Shown: positions 49,248 to 60,279, counted from the first letter of the stretch. The stretch is 64,000 nt of DNA from Alphaproteobacteria bacterium (GCA_965243135.1 OZ251539.1:5760001-5824000); one strand, 5' to 3'. Notes: generated by a model not told the origin, from the sequence alone. A program made the numbers and translations.

Positions 49248-49968
49248 GATCGTCATCGACAACGTCGAAGCCGGTTACGGCTCCGTCCGCGTTCTCCACG
49301 GCGTGTCGATTTCCGTCGATTCCGGCGAGACGGTGGCGCTGCTCGGCACCAACGGCAACGGCAAGTCGACGCTGATCAAATGCATCATGGGGATCGTCGA
49401 GCCGGCCTCGGGTTCGATCACGGCGGATTTCGGGGAGGGCGAGACGAGTCTGGTCGGCAGGTCGCCGCAGGAGATCGTCGATCTCGGCATCGCGCTGGTT
49501 CCCGAGGGACGGCGCCTCTTCCCGCGGCTCACCGTGGAGGAGAATCTCATGCTGGGCGCTTTCCGCGACAAGGCGCGCAAGCGGATCGCGGCGAATCTCG
49601 AATTCTCGTTCGAGGCGTTTCCGGTGCTGGCCGAGCGCCGCCGCCAGCTCGCCGGGTCGATGTCGGGAGGGGAGCAGCAGATGCTGGCCGTCGCGCGCGC
49701 CCTGATGTCGGAACCGCGCATCCTGCTCGTCGACGAGCCCTCGGTCGGGCTTGCGCCGATTCTCGTCAGCCGAATGATCGCCAAGATCAGGGAGCTCAAG
49801 GAGCAGCGGAACCTGACGGTGCTGATGGCCGAGCAGAACTTCAACCAGGCGATCAAGATCGCCGACCGAGGCTACATCATCGTGCACGGCGAGATCGCGT
49901 TTTCGGCGCCGACCGCCAAGGAGCTGGCGGAGAACGAAATGGTGAAGGAGTACTATCTCGGGGCGTAG
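49240..49968 (+). CDS. ABC ATP-binding protein, LivF-like
   Basis: GTNGNGKST, VPEGRRLF, MSGGEQQM, DEPSVGLAP. Confidence 0.9.
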   Translation: MSRIVIDNVEAGYGSVRVLHGVSISVDSGETVALLGTNGNGKSTLIKCIMGIVEPASGSITADFGEGETSLVGRSPQEIVDLGIALVPEGRRLFPRLTVEENLMLGAFRDKARKRIAANLEFSFEAFPVLAERRRQLAGSMSGGEQQMLAVARALMSEPRILLVDEPSVGLAPILVSRMIAKIRELKEQRNLTVLMAEQNFNQAIKIADRGYIIVHGEIAFSAPTAKELAENEMVKEYYLGA

Positions 49969-50054
49969 CGCCGCCTCGGGGCGCGGCGGAGGTCGAAAAG
50001 GCCCGGCCGGCCGCGCGCATGGCGGCGTTTCGTGAGGGCGGGCCGCAGCCTGCG

Positions 50055-50702
50055 TCAGGGGTCGCTTCGCATGGCGCGCCGGACGTGAACGATGCGTTGC
50101 AAGGCCGTGACGGCGGCCAGAACGGCGACCAGATAGACCGTCTCGGCCAGCAGGCCGGAGATCAGGCCGACGACGATCAGGCCGACGCGCTCCGCACGCG
50201 TCGCGATGCCGACCGCGCAGGCGACCCCGAGTTCCCCGGCTCTGGACCGGACGTAGCTGACGAGAAACGAACAAGAGAGAGCGGCCATGGCGGCGGCGGC
50301 GTCGAGGGCCGCGCCGTCGCGAGCGAACAGGTAGCCGATGGCGGCGAAGACGACGCCTTCCGAGGCGCGGTCGACGGTGGAATCGAGAAAGGCCCCGAAC
50401 CGCGTGGACGCGCCGGAAGCTCTGGCCAGCATGCCGTCCATCAGATCCGAGACGCTCGCGACGAGGAAGACGATTCCTGCGGCGGCCAGCTGATCGGCGA
50501 CGATCAGACCCGCGGAGACCGCGCAGAGCGCGAACCCGGCGCAAGAAACGTGATTTGCGCCGACGCCGAGAAAACGCAGCCCTGCGGCGAGAGGTTTCAA
50601 CCCCGCCTCCATCCAGCAGCGGAGCGCTTCTCTCAAGCGTTCCGGAGTGTATGGCGGGCGGCGCAGATCGTCGCTGCCGTCGAGAGTTTGTCGCTTATCC
50701 AC
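50055..50702 (-). CDS. CDP-alcohol phosphatidyltransferase family protein
   Basis: DLMDGMLAR...FGAFLDSTVDR signature; VSYVRSRA, RAER. Start uncertain. Confidence 0.88.
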   Translation of the reverse strand: MDKRQTLDGSDDLRRPPYTPERLREALRCWMEAGLKPLAAGLRFLGVGANHVSCAGFALCAVSAGLIVADQLAAAGIVFLVASVSDLMDGMLARASGASTRFGAFLDSTVDRASEGVVFAAIGYLFARDGAALDAAAAMAALSCSFLVSYVRSRAGELGVACAVGIATRAERVGLIVVGLISGLLAETVYLVAVLAAVTALQRIVHVRRAMRSDP

Positions 50703-50972
50703 GCAACGGAAAATACGGTATGCACCGCCGATCTGTCGACTCGCCCGTCCGCGCCGGGGACCGCGGACGGGCGAGGCGAACGAAGATCGCGTTGGCTCGT
50801 CGCGACAGGCCGGACGCGGAAAAGGAAACTTGCGCCGCCCGCCGCGTCCTCCAGCCTTCAAGAACCGCGCCGTCTTGTCCTCGCCGCTCGTGGCCGGCCA
50901 ATTCCATCTCGCCGCATTTCTGCAAGGGGCCGCCGCGCAAGTCGCCGTCGCCAGGGCGCGGTTCGAGGCGCC

Positions 50973-51134
50973 GTTTCCGGCCCGAACCCGGGCGAGAGAA
51001 AACGAAGCGGCGCGGGGCGAGAAAGGCGGGAGGATGGCTTGGCCCGATCCTCTCGAACTTCGAGAAATCCCGTTCGACGAATTCGCCGATCGCATGGACG
51101 AGGAGCCGTTCCGCGACGGCCGACCGCGAACGGA
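50973..51134. repeat. ~160-bp direct repeat, copy 1
   Basis: Nearly identical to 56219-56380; shares the core GGCTTGGCCCGATCCTCTCGAACTTCGAGAAATCCCGTTCGACGAATTCGCCGATCGC exactly. Confidence 0.92.
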
Positions 51135-51485
51135 AAAGATGTCGGTTCCGGGCGAGGAAGCGCCGGGACGGAACGAGGAAAACTGCGGCCTGGGCCGGGC
51201 GCGTCCGCAACGGCGATCATGGCGACCGGCGAAAGGTTCATCGCAAAATTCTTCTTCGTCGCCGGTCGACCGGAGAACGGTCGCGCGGCGACCGGTGCGA
51301 GCGTTCCGTCGTTTTCTTTTTTTCGCAGACCTCCGGATATCGCGTGAATTTGCCGGCCGAGATCCCTCGAACGCAGCTTCGGCCCGGTGCGGACAGGCGC
51401 CGGCCGCGTTTTCGGGCGGGACGGCGAGACCGGAACGGGCGCTTCTCCGAAAAGCGGCGCACTCCGGAGTTGGTAGCTTGCATAC

Positions 51486-51500
51486 GGGGGGGGGGGGGGG
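51486..51500 (+). repeat. Poly-G tract (G15) upstream of the autotransporter
   Basis: CATAC-G15-TAATG; ends 2 nt before an in-frame ATG at 51503. Confidence 0.9.
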
Positions 51501-51559
51501 TAATGTCACGTTGGAAGCAGGCTTCTTCATTGCGGCGCAACCAGGGGAGCATCCGACCA

Positions 51560-54500
51560 ATGACGATTTCACCGATCACGCGGAATGGCGGGGCGGTCGC
51601 CTTGGGGCTGGCCTTCGCCCTCGGCGCCGCCGGAGAGGCGGCGGCCCAGGTATGCGCCGGCGACCTGCCCACCGTGCCCAACTCGAACGTGGGCGGCATC
51701 CGAATCGTCTGCCAGGAAAGCAACCCGAGCGCGAGCGGCATCCGGATCAACGCGGAGAGCGTCTCCCTCTCCGTGACGTCGTCGAACTTCGCCTTCCGGC
51801 CCGCCATCGACGCCCGCCTCAACAGCGCCAGCGACGCCAACGGCATCAACGTCCGCCTGGGCCGGGGGCTCGTCATCAGCACGGGGGCCGCCAGGGAGGC
51901 TTTCATAGGCGCCTACGCCCGGAACGCGGGCAGCGGCGCCACCAGGATCGTCATGGAGGACGGCGCCTCCATCACGACGACGGGCGGTGACGCCGACGGC
52001 ATCCGTTATTCGAACCCGACTGCCGCGACGGGAACCGTCGACGTCCAGATGACGGGCGGATCGATCACGACGTCGGGCAGTGAAGCCCACGGGATCTATA
52101 TCCTGCACAACGGGTCGGGCGCCTCCACCGTCAGCATGAGCGGCGGCGCGATCAAGGCGTCGGGCAGCCGCAGCAGCGGCATCTACGTCAACAAGCAGAG
52201 AGGCTCGGGCGACGCCACGATAACCTTCTCGGGCGGCTCCATCGAGAAGTCGGGCGGGGACGGGGCCGGGATCGGCTTCTATGGCGACCCGGCTGCGAAC
52301 GCGGCCAACGCCCGCATCCGCGTGACGGGCGGCTCCATCGCGGTGGAGGGGATAGCCAACACCCATGGCGTGCACGTCGATCATCGGAGCGCGGGCGGAG
52401 GGGACGTCGCCATGACGGGCGGCTCGATCACGACGAAGGGCGGGAACTCCCACGGCGTGTTCGCCACCCTGCGCAACGCCGCGAACGAAGCGCCGGTCGT
52501 CATCGGCATGGCGGGCGGCTCGATCACGACGGAGGGTCAAACCGCCCTGGGTCTCTACGGGGTTCACTTCGGACTGGGCTCCGTCACGGTGACGATGGAA
52601 GGGGAAGCGGAGATCACGACGTCGGGCGACGGCGCCCACGGCGTGTCCGCCCTCCTGTTCAACGCCGCGAACGAAGCGGCGATCGTCGTCGGCATGGCGG
52701 GCGGTTCGGTCGCGACGGAGGGTGCCGGCGCCGCGGGCCTGAACGGACTTCACCTGGGACTGGGCTCCGTCACGGTGACAACGGGAGGGGAAGCGGAGAT
52801 CGAATCGCCGTTCTTCGTCGGCGTCCGGGGCTGGCTGTCGAACGACGCGAACGCGGCCGGGCGCCTCGTCGTCACGCATGGCGGCGCGGTCGAGGCGGGG
52901 GACGCGGGCGTTCTCGCCTGGGCCGCGCGCCGGAGCGGCCATACCTCCGGCGACGGCGCGGAGGAGGCGGACGACGCGGCCAGGACCGAGCCGATGATCC
53001 ACGTCACCTCGAGCGGCGACGTCACGGTCGGCGCGTCGGTGACGGACGCCTTCATCAGGAACAGGATCGCAGGCGACGACGGGACGCTCTCGGCGGGCGA
53101 GCAGGCCGTTCTCGACGCCATCACCGCGGACGATTCGGACGCGCTGACGACGGCGCTGGAGGCTCTGCCCGCGGACTACGACGACGACTGGAAGGCGGAG
53201 GCCGAGAACCTTCGGCGAAAGCGCGCCGTGCTGACGGACGATGAGACGTCGGCGAACCGGGCGGCGGGAAAGATCCTGGGCCTGACCAGGGCGGGGGTGC
53301 GGGCGCTGGCGCTCTCGCATGAAACGATTACCGGCCACGTGCGCTCCGGCGACGGCGACGGCGCGCTCTCGGCCGCCGAGTGGACGGCGCTGGAGGCGGC
53401 GCTGACCGGCCGCGGCCTGGAGACGGCGCTCGCCGCGCTCCCCGCCGCCTACACCGACACATGGAAGGACACGCTCCGGGCGCACGCGGCGAGCTACAAC
53501 GCAGGCGATATCCAGGTGGACGTGACCGGCGGGACGATCACCGCCGAGGGCGACGGCGTGGACGCGCGCTACGCGCTGGCGCACGACCGCAACGGCGCCA
53601 TTACGGTGACCGTGGCCGATGGGGCGGAGATCACCGGCGGACGCCACGGCGTCCACGTCGGCGGGGCGGGCCTCGCCGCGGGGAACGACGACGGCCTGCG
53701 CGACCAGACGGTGACGGTGAACGGCAAGGTCATGGGCGGGACCGGCGCGGGCGTCCATCTGGCCGGCGGCGGGACGGTGACGGTCGGCGGGACCGGGCGC
53801 GTCGGCGCGGCCTCGGGCGACGCCGTCCTCTCCGACGGCGCGGGCGACCTGTCGGTGACGGTAGCCGGCGCGGTGGAGGGCGACATTCGCAACATGGGCG
53901 GCGGCGCGTTGCGGTTCGCTTCGGAAGCCGGAAGCGAGGTGACGGGAACGGTCCACGATCCCGTCGGCCCTCTGACGGTGCGCGGCAGCGTCGGGCGGCT
54001 CCTCTACGCCGGCGGCGCGACGGTCACGGTGGCCAGGACGGGACGGATCGCGGGGATTTCGGGGGAAGCGATCCGCAGCGCTGCCGGCGACCTGTCGGTG
54101 ACGGTGGCCGGCGCGGTGGAGGGCGACATCCTGGGCGCCGGCGATCTGAGCGCGACGATCTCGGGCACGGTCGATGGCAACGTTTTCGGTCGCGGCGCGG
54201 GCGAGCACACGGTCACGGTGTCGAACGGCGGGACGGTGACGGGCGCCATCCATCTGGCCGCGAGCACGGTGACGGTGCACGGCGCGGCCGGGCAGGTGCG
54301 GTTCGACAACGGCGGCGCGGTGACGGTGGGCGCGACGGGACGGATCGGGGGAATCGAGGGCGTCGCGGTCCGGAACGCGGCCGGCGCTCTGAGCGTGGCG
54401 GTTGCGGCCGGCGGCAGGATTGAGGGGGATATCGTCGATCTTGGGGATCGTCCCGCGAGGGTCGAGACGGAGGCCGGCAGCACGGTCATGGGGACCATCG

Positions 54501-55738
54501 ACGTGACCGGCAAGGACAGCGCGGTGACGGTGGGCGGCACGGCTGGCCGCGTGCGGTTCGGCGGCGACGGAAGGGTGACGGTCGGTGCGAACGGTCGGAT
54601 CACGGGCGACGAAGCCATCACGAGCGGAGGCAGGCTGGTGGTGGTGATCCGGGAGAGGCCTGGGGAGGGGGCCCGCGAGGTCATTCGCCGGATTCCGGGC
54701 GCGATGCGGGACGAGGGCGGCGGACCCGAGGTGACGTACCGCGCCTCGGACGGGACCGACACCCGCTTGGGGGATCCCGATTCGACGCGCTCGGTCCCGG
54801 ACGGCGCCTTCGACGTCGGGGTGGAGCGGGCGGAGGGAGGCGGCCTCAAGCTCGCCTACCGATACGCGCCGCGCGCCCGCGTGTACGAAGCGCTGCCGTC
54901 GGCGCTGCTGAGGTTGAACGGCTTGCCGGAGTTCCGGGAGCGGATGGCTGCGGGCGCGGCGCGGGGCGGCTGGGCGCTTGTGGAGTCCTTCCGCGGCAAG
55001 CAGCGCGCGGAGAGCTCGAAAACGACGGGGTTGGGTTACGACCACAGCCGCTACGGCGTCCGGGCGGGTTTCCGGGGCCCGGTCTCCGAGAACGGCCTGT
55101 TCGGCGTCTCGGCGCACCGCCGCGGCGGGTCGGCGAAGGTGTCGAACGGCGGCAAGATCGACCTGTCGGGCGCCGGCGTCGGGATCTCCTGGACCGCCCG
55201 GCTCGACGAAGCCGCCTATATGGACCTCCAGGCGGAGTGGACCTGGTACGAGGCCGACATGGCGTCGTCGGGTCGGGGATCGCCCAAGGGCGGCGCGGCG
55301 GGGCGCGGTCATGCCGTCGGCATGGAGGTCGGGCGGCGGACCGTGGCGGGCGGCGTGGTTCTCACGCCGCGAATCTCGATGACCCGTTCGACGGTCTCCA
55401 TGAACGACTTCTCGGACTCGGTCGGAGCGCGCGTATCCCTGACGGGCGGTCGGAGTCTGAAGGGCCGCGCGGGCATCGGGGCGGCGACGGACGCGGTCTC
55501 GGGAATCCGCATGTTCGGCTCGGTGGACGCGGAGCGCGAGTTTTCGAAGGAGCGGAAGGTGACGGTGTCGGGAACGGAGCTGCGGTCGACCGTCGAGCCG
55601 ATGTGGGTGCGCCTGAAGCTGGGCGGCGTCCATGCATGGGGCGACGGGCGCTATGCGCTACGCGGCGCGGCGAGCTGGGCCACGGGCGGCGACAGCTACG
55701 AATTCGGCGGCGTCGTCGATCTGACGGCGCGGTTCTGA
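51560..55738 (+). CDS. Autotransporter (type Va) with Gly/Thr-rich beta-helical passenger
   Basis: Signal peptide ending AAA|Q, repeated GGSITT.G..HG units, RARVYEALP linker, beta-barrel ending LTARF. Alternative start at 51503. Confidence 0.9.
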   Translation: MTISPITRNGGAVALGLAFALGAAGEAAAQVCAGDLPTVPNSNVGGIRIVCQESNPSASGIRINAESVSLSVTSSNFAFRPAIDARLNSASDANGINVRLGRGLVISTGAAREAFIGAYARNAGSGATRIVMEDGASITTTGGDADGIRYSNPTAATGTVDVQMTGGSITTSGSEAHGIYILHNGSGASTVSMSGGAIKASGSRSSGIYVNKQRGSGDATITFSGGSIEKSGGDGAGIGFYGDPAANAANARIRVTGGSIAVEGIANTHGVHVDHRSAGGGDVAMTGGSITTKGGNSHGVFATLRNAANEAPVVIGMAGGSITTEGQTALGLYGVHFGLGSVTVTMEGEAEITTSGDGAHGVSALLFNAANEAAIVVGMAGGSVATEGAGAAGLNGLHLGLGSVTVTTGGEAEIESPFFVGVRGWLSNDANAAGRLVVTHGGAVEAGDAGVLAWAARRSGHTSGDGAEEADDAARTEPMIHVTSSGDVTVGASVTDAFIRNRIAGDDGTLSAGEQAVLDAITADDSDALTTALEALPADYDDDWKAEAENLRRKRAVLTDDETSANRAAGKILGLTRAGVRALALSHETITGHVRSGDGDGALSAAEWTALEAALTGRGLETALAALPAAYTDTWKDTLRAHAASYNAGDIQVDVTGGTITAEGDGVDARYALAHDRNGAITVTVADGAEITGGRHGVHVGGAGLAAGNDDGLRDQTVTVNGKVMGGTGAGVHLAGGGTVTVGGTGRVGAASGDAVLSDGAGDLSVTVAGAVEGDIRNMGGGALRFASEAGSEVTGTVHDPVGPLTVRGSVGRLLYAGGATVTVARTGRIAGISGEAIRSAAGDLSVTVAGAVEGDILGAGDLSATISGTVDGNVFGRGAGEHTVTVSNGGTVTGAIHLAASTVTVHGAAGQVRFDNGGAVTVGATGRIGGIEGVAVRNAAGALSVAVAAGGRIEGDIVDLGDRPARVETEAGSTVMGTIDVTGKDSAVTVGGTAGRVRFGGDGRVTVGANGRITGDEAITSGGRLVVVIRERPGEGAREVIRRIPGAMRDEGGGPEVTYRASDGTDTRLGDPDSTRSVPDGAFDVGVERAEGGGLKLAYRYAPRARVYEALPSALLRLNGLPEFRERMAAGAARGGWALVESFRGKQRAESSKTTGLGYDHSRYGVRAGFRGPVSENGLFGVSAHRRGGSAKVSNGGKIDLSGAGVGISWTARLDEAAYMDLQAEWTWYEADMASSGRGSPKGGAAGRGHAVGMEVGRRTVAGGVVLTPRISMTRSTVSMNDFSDSVGARVSLTGGRSLKGRAGIGAATDAVSGIRMFGSVDAEREFSKERKVTVSGTELRSTVEPMWVRLKLGGVHAWGDGRYALRGAASWATGGDSYEFGGVVDLTARF

Positions 55739-55814
55739 ACCAACCGCGGCGCGCCCGGTCTCCGACCGCCCACTCCGGGCGAGAACCCGGGCCGCGGACG
55801 GCGTCCGCCCGGTC

Positions 55815-56218
55815 GAGGCGTGGGGTGTCCGGCGCGTGGACGACATGTACGTGTACGTCTTGGCCGAGGCGATACAAGGTCGACCTTCGGTCGTCGGGTC
55901 GCGCTGGACCGGGTGGCGCTGACGCCGCGGGCGCGTCTGGCGCATTCGCGGGTCGACGTGGGTAATTTCACCGACCGCCACCGCAGTCGGGTGTCGCTGA
56001 AAAAGGGGCGCAGCATGGCGGGCCGCGCCGGGATGGCCGTCGAGAGCGCGCCTGTCCTCGGCGGGGCTCGTTTGTTCGGCTCCGTGGACGTGGAGCGGGA
56101 GTTCGAGAGGGAGACGCGCGTTTCGGTGTCGGGGACGCCGCTGGTGTCGGAGGCGCCGCCGACTCGGTATCCGGTCGGGTTGGGCGGCGTCCGGGAATGG
56201 TCCGAGGGCAGATGCGCG
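55815..56218 (+). pseudogene. Remnant of a second autotransporter beta-barrel
   Basis: LTPRARLAHSRV...FTD...RVSL..GRS..GRAG...RLFGSVDVEREF..ETRVSVSGT parallels the upstream barrel; frameshifted and truncated. Confidence 0.8.
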
Positions 56219-56380
56219 GTTTCGGGCCGGAACCCGGGCGAGAGAAAACAAAGCGACGCAGAACGAGAAAGGCGGGAGGACGGCTTGGCCCGATCCTCTC
56301 GAACTTCGAGAAATCCCGTTCGACGAATTCGCCGATCGCCTGAACGAGGAGCCGTTCCGCGATGGCCGACCGCGAACGGA
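56219..56380. repeat. ~160-bp direct repeat, copy 2
   Basis: Matches 50973-51134. Confidence 0.92.
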
Positions 56381-56492
56381 CACGAAAATCCCTGCGATGT
56401 CGTGCGCTCCACCGAGGCAGGGTTCGAAGGCATTGCCGACGCGAGGAAAACCGAACGTTGCCTGATTATCCTCCGCCATGGCGTCGGAACTT

Positions 56493-56678
56493 TCATTCAG
56501 AGGGTCTGTACCAATCCTTTAGCAAAACGCACGTTATCGTAAACCACAACAAAAAACTTATGATTCCATGTTTTAAAATGTCAAATAACGACTCGTGGTC
56601 GCCGCTAATTTCGCCGAGAATATAGTGACAAGATGAATACAAAACGGAAAAAACTATACTGCAAATTAGACATTTCAT
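56493..56678 (-). CDS. Possible small two-helix membrane protein
   Basis: 61-aa ORF covering an AT-rich patch, two hydrophobic stretches; no recognised family. Confidence 0.35.
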   Translation of the reverse strand: MKCLICSIVFSVLYSSCHYILGEISGDHESLFDILKHGIISFLLWFTITCVLLKDWYRPSE

Positions 56679-58123
56679 CGTTTGTTTCTACTCGACTGGG
56701 TGATCGGAACCCGCATTGGTCCGGGTTTCTCCGGAACGATTTAACTCCTGATCGGACGCCACGCTATCGAGATCGGTGTTATCCAAGCCGAGGCAGCCCA
56801 TAGCCTTCCGAATATCCTGACGGTTCCGTCGCGGACGCGCGCCAAAAAGCCATAGTCCGGTCTCTGCGCCGGCACGTCTTCAGGGAACGCGTGCACGCAA
56901 ACGAAGGCGAGAGTTTCGTCGCGAGAATCTTGGGGTTCGTCAAATTCCTTACGGAGTCTGAAGGCCATAATGGAAGGGCCTCCCTGAATGCCGCGCATTT
57001 CGCCCTGGCCATGGGACCTCGCGGGCCGACCGGGGGGATCTTGCCGGAACCGTTCTTCGCGAGTTCTCGGCGACCCTCTGCCGCTGCCGCCGCTGCGCGA
57101 TCGCCCGAGCGCGAGAAGGCTTTCCTGCGTCGATCGATCATGACAATTAATTGCGTTATTGACGAACTGTCAACATCTCTCCCTGCCGACTCCGAACCGT
57201 AACGCAGGCTGTCGGCAATCCCTGCCGCGAAGGCGTTATCGGGAGGGTTGGTCGGCAAGTTAAGATGCTGCAGCGAAAAAATCCTTCTCTTCCACGGGGT
57301 ATTCGTCCGGTCGGACGCCCGGCCTCGGCGAATGTCGGCAGCGCGAACCCGGAGGCGCGATCCGGCGGCGATAGCGCGCATGCCGCCTTCCCGGCCCGGG
57401 GCTTCTCCTCGACGGTCTCCGGACGCATCCGATGGGATCGCAGCTGCGGTTCGCCCGACCCGCGGCGCCCGCTTTGCGTTTCCTGCCGCGCTGCCAGGCG
57501 GTGCGGCTCGCCGCCGGCCACCCGGACATCCCGCGCGCGGCGGCGGCTGACCCGAAACCCGCTCTCGGAGCGCAAGCGCTCCTAAATCCGCTTCGTACTC
57601 CGCGGCCATCGTCTTCTCCGCTTCGCTCCGCCGCTCGGACGTCGTCTTCCGCTGCTTCCCCGAGGCCATGCTGCGGGCTCGGGCGCCTCCTCGAAGTCGT
57701 AGCCGCCTCCCTCCGGGTTGCGAGCCAGTTCCCTGCCGATCGTTGCGGGGGCGCGACGTTCGACTCGCCGCTTTTCTTGAGGATTCGGCGCCGTTCTTCG
57801 CGGGTCAGGAGGTCTTTGGCCAATCTTCGTTCCGCGCTCGCGGAGCTAACGCGGATCTCCTGACTCCCGGCAACGTCGCAAGCGGTCAGTCGGGCGCCGA
57901 ATTCGAAGAATCGCGTTTCGGGAGTGAAGGAGCTTTTTTGGCGGAAGCGCGTCAGGCCGTTTGAATTTGAAGGGGCCGGATGCGATCATGGCGGCGTCCG
58001 GCGACGCCGATGGCCGGGACGGCAAGCTGGCCGCCGTTCTTGCCGTCGCTCGGCCAAAAGGCGGCAGGCGTGGCGTCGGCATCGCCGCGCGTTTATGCTG
58101 CGCGGAAAGAGGCGGGCAGGGTT

Positions 58124-59434
58124 ATGGTCGATCCGAAGCTTTTCAAGTTGGACACGCTCAGCCTGCATGCGGGCCAGCGACCGGATCCCGCGACCGGCTC
58201 CCGCGCGGTGCCGATCTATCAGACGACGTCCTACGTATTCCGCGATGCGGATCACGCCGCGGCGCTGTTCAATCTCGAACGCGCGGGCCATATCTATTCG
58301 CGCATCTCGAACCCGACCTGCGCCGTGCTCGAAGAACGGGTCGCCGCGCTCGAGGGCGGCGTCGGCGCGGTCGCGACGGCTTCGGGACAGGCCGCGCTGC
58401 ATCTGGCCGTAGCCACGTTGATGGGGCAGGGCGGGCATATCGTGTCGTCCGCGTCGATCTACGGCGGCAGCCACAACCTGTTCCATCATACTCTGCCGCG
58501 TTTCGGCATCTCCGCCACGTTCGTCGACCCGCGAGACCCGGACGCGTTCGCGAAGGCGATCACCGCCGACACGCGGCTGATATTCGGGGAGACGTTGGGC
58601 AATCCGGGGCTGGAGGTCATGGATCTTCCTCGCATCGCCGGGATCGCCCATGAGGCGGGATTGCCGCTGATGATCGATAATACCTTCGCGACGCCGTATC
58701 TGTGCCGGCCTTTCGAGCATGGCGCCGACATCGTCATGCATTCGGCGACCAAGTTTCTCGGCGGCCACGGCACGTCCATCGGCGGATTGCTCGTCGATTC
58801 CGGCCGTTTCGATTGGGACGCCTCGGGCAAGTTTCCGACCCTGACGGAGCCCTATGAAGGATATCACGGGCTCGACTTCTCCGAAGAGTTCGGACCCGGC
58901 GCCTTCGTCATGCGCGCCCGCGCCGAGGGCCTGCGCGACTTCGGCGCCGCCATGAGCCCGACCAACGCGTTTTACATCCTGCAGGGCGTCGAAACGCTGC
59001 ATGTCCGCATGCGGCGACATGTCGAAAACGCCCGCCGGATCGTCGAATTCCTCGGCTCCCACGATGGCGTGGCATGGGTGACTTGGCCGGAGCGCGCCGA
59101 TCACCCCGACCGGGAACTTGCGGCCGCTTTGTTGCCGCAAGGACCCGGCGCGATCTTTTCTTTCGGGATCAGGGGAGGCCGGGAGGCCGGACGGACGTTC
59201 ATCGAAAGCCTTTCGCTGTTTTCCCACCTAGCCAACGTCGGCGACGCCAAGTCGCTGGTCATACACCCGGCGAGCACGACGCATCAGCAAATGGATGCCG
59301 CCGCGCTCGCGGCGGCAGGCATCGGCGAGGAGCTCGTCCGCCTGTCCGTCGGCCTCGAGGATCCGGACGACCTGATCGCCGATCTCGATCAGGCGTTTCG
59401 CGCCGCGGCCCGCGCGGCGCAGGCTGCGGGATAA
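58124..59434 (+). CDS. metY: O-acetylhomoserine aminocarboxypropyltransferase
   Basis: [29 protein letters not shown] (PLP Lys), [20 protein letters not shown]. Confidence 0.9.
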   Translation: MVDPKLFKLDTLSLHAGQRPDPATGSRAVPIYQTTSYVFRDADHAAALFNLERAGHIYSRISNPTCAVLEERVAALEGGVGAVATASGQAALHLAVATLMGQGGHIVSSASIYGGSHNLFHHTLPRFGISATFVDPRDPDAFAKAITADTRLIFGETLGNPGLEVMDLPRIAGIAHEAGLPLMIDNTFATPYLCRPFEHGADIVMHSATKFLGGHGTSIGGLLVDSGRFDWDASGKFPTLTEPYEGYHGLDFSEEFGPGAFVMRARAEGLRDFGAAMSPTNAFYILQGVETLHVRMRRHVENARRIVEFLGSHDGVAWVTWPERADHPDRELAAALLPQGPGAIFSFGIRGGREAGRTFIESLSLFSHLANVGDAKSLVIHPASTTHQQMDAAALAAAGIGEELVRLSVGLEDPDDLIADLDQAFRAAARAAQAAG

Positions 59435-60279
59435 TGGAAATCACCGTAGACGGCAGACAGGTATTCGCTGCGACGGGCGGCGCCGCGTTCGATCCGAACC
59501 TGCCGGTCGTCGCGTTCGTCCATGGCGCGGGCATGGATCGCACGGTGTGGGCGCTCCAGACGCGCTGGTTCGCATGGCATGGCTATGCAGTTCTCGCCGT
59601 CGATCTTCCGGGTCACGGAGGGTCGGAAGGGCCGGCGATCGCCGACATCGAGTCGCTCGGCGGCTGGATTCTCAGGTTGCTCGAGCGGGCGGGCGCATCG
59701 AGCGCGACTCTTGTAGGCCATTCGATGGGAGCGCTGGCCTGTCTTTCCGCCGCCGCGGAGGGCGGCAAGAGGATTGCGGCTATGGCGCTCCTCGGGATCG
59801 GCGCGCGCATGCCGGTTCATCCCGATTTGCTGGCCGCTGCCCGCGTCGACGATCCCGTCGCCCGGGACCTGATCGTCGACTGGGGTTTCGGTCAGCCCGC
59901 CCGATTCGGCGTTAACCGCGCGCCCGGGCTCTGGATGCAGGGCGGCGGGCGGTCGTTGTTGTTCCGCGCGCCGGCCGGCGTGTTGGGCAATGATCTTGCC
60001 GCCTGCGACGCCTACGGATCCGCAACCGAGGCGGCCGCGCGCGTGGAATGCCCCGTGTTGTTCGTCGTCGGCGAAGGCGACCGAATGACGCCGCCCTCCG
60101 CCGCCGCGGAACTGGCGGCGAAGGTCGGGACGGCGCGAACGGCGACGATAGGGGATGCGGGCCATATGATGATGGTCGAGAAGCCGGACGAAACGCTCGA
60201 CGCGCTGATCGGCTGGATGAGGGACGGACCGTCGCCTTCTCGGGACCTCGCGCCCCCGTCGCGCCGGAGGGAAAAATGA
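59434..60279 (+). CDS. Alpha/beta hydrolase
   Basis: VHGAG, DLPGHG, GHSMG nucleophile elbow, AGHMMM. Confidence 0.9.
   Translation: MEITVDGRQVFAATGGAAFDPNLPVVAFVHGAGMDRTVWALQTRWFAWHGYAVLAVDLPGHGGSEGPAIADIESLGGWILRLLERAGASSATLVGHSMGALACLSAAAEGGKRIAAMALLGIGARMPVHPDLLAAARVDDPVARDLIVDWGFGQPARFGVNRAPGLWMQGGGRSLLFRAPAGVLGNDLAACDAYGSATEAAARVECPVLFVVGEGDRMTPPSAAAELAAKVGTARTATIGDAGHMMMVEKPDETLDALIGWMRDGPSPSRDLAPPSRRREK

Noticed and set aside
57000-58000. Possible small gene or antitoxin remnant (MAKDLLTREERRRIL..., MASGKQRK...)
   Set aside because: Fragments lie in different frames with no identifiable domain; cannot be supported without a search.
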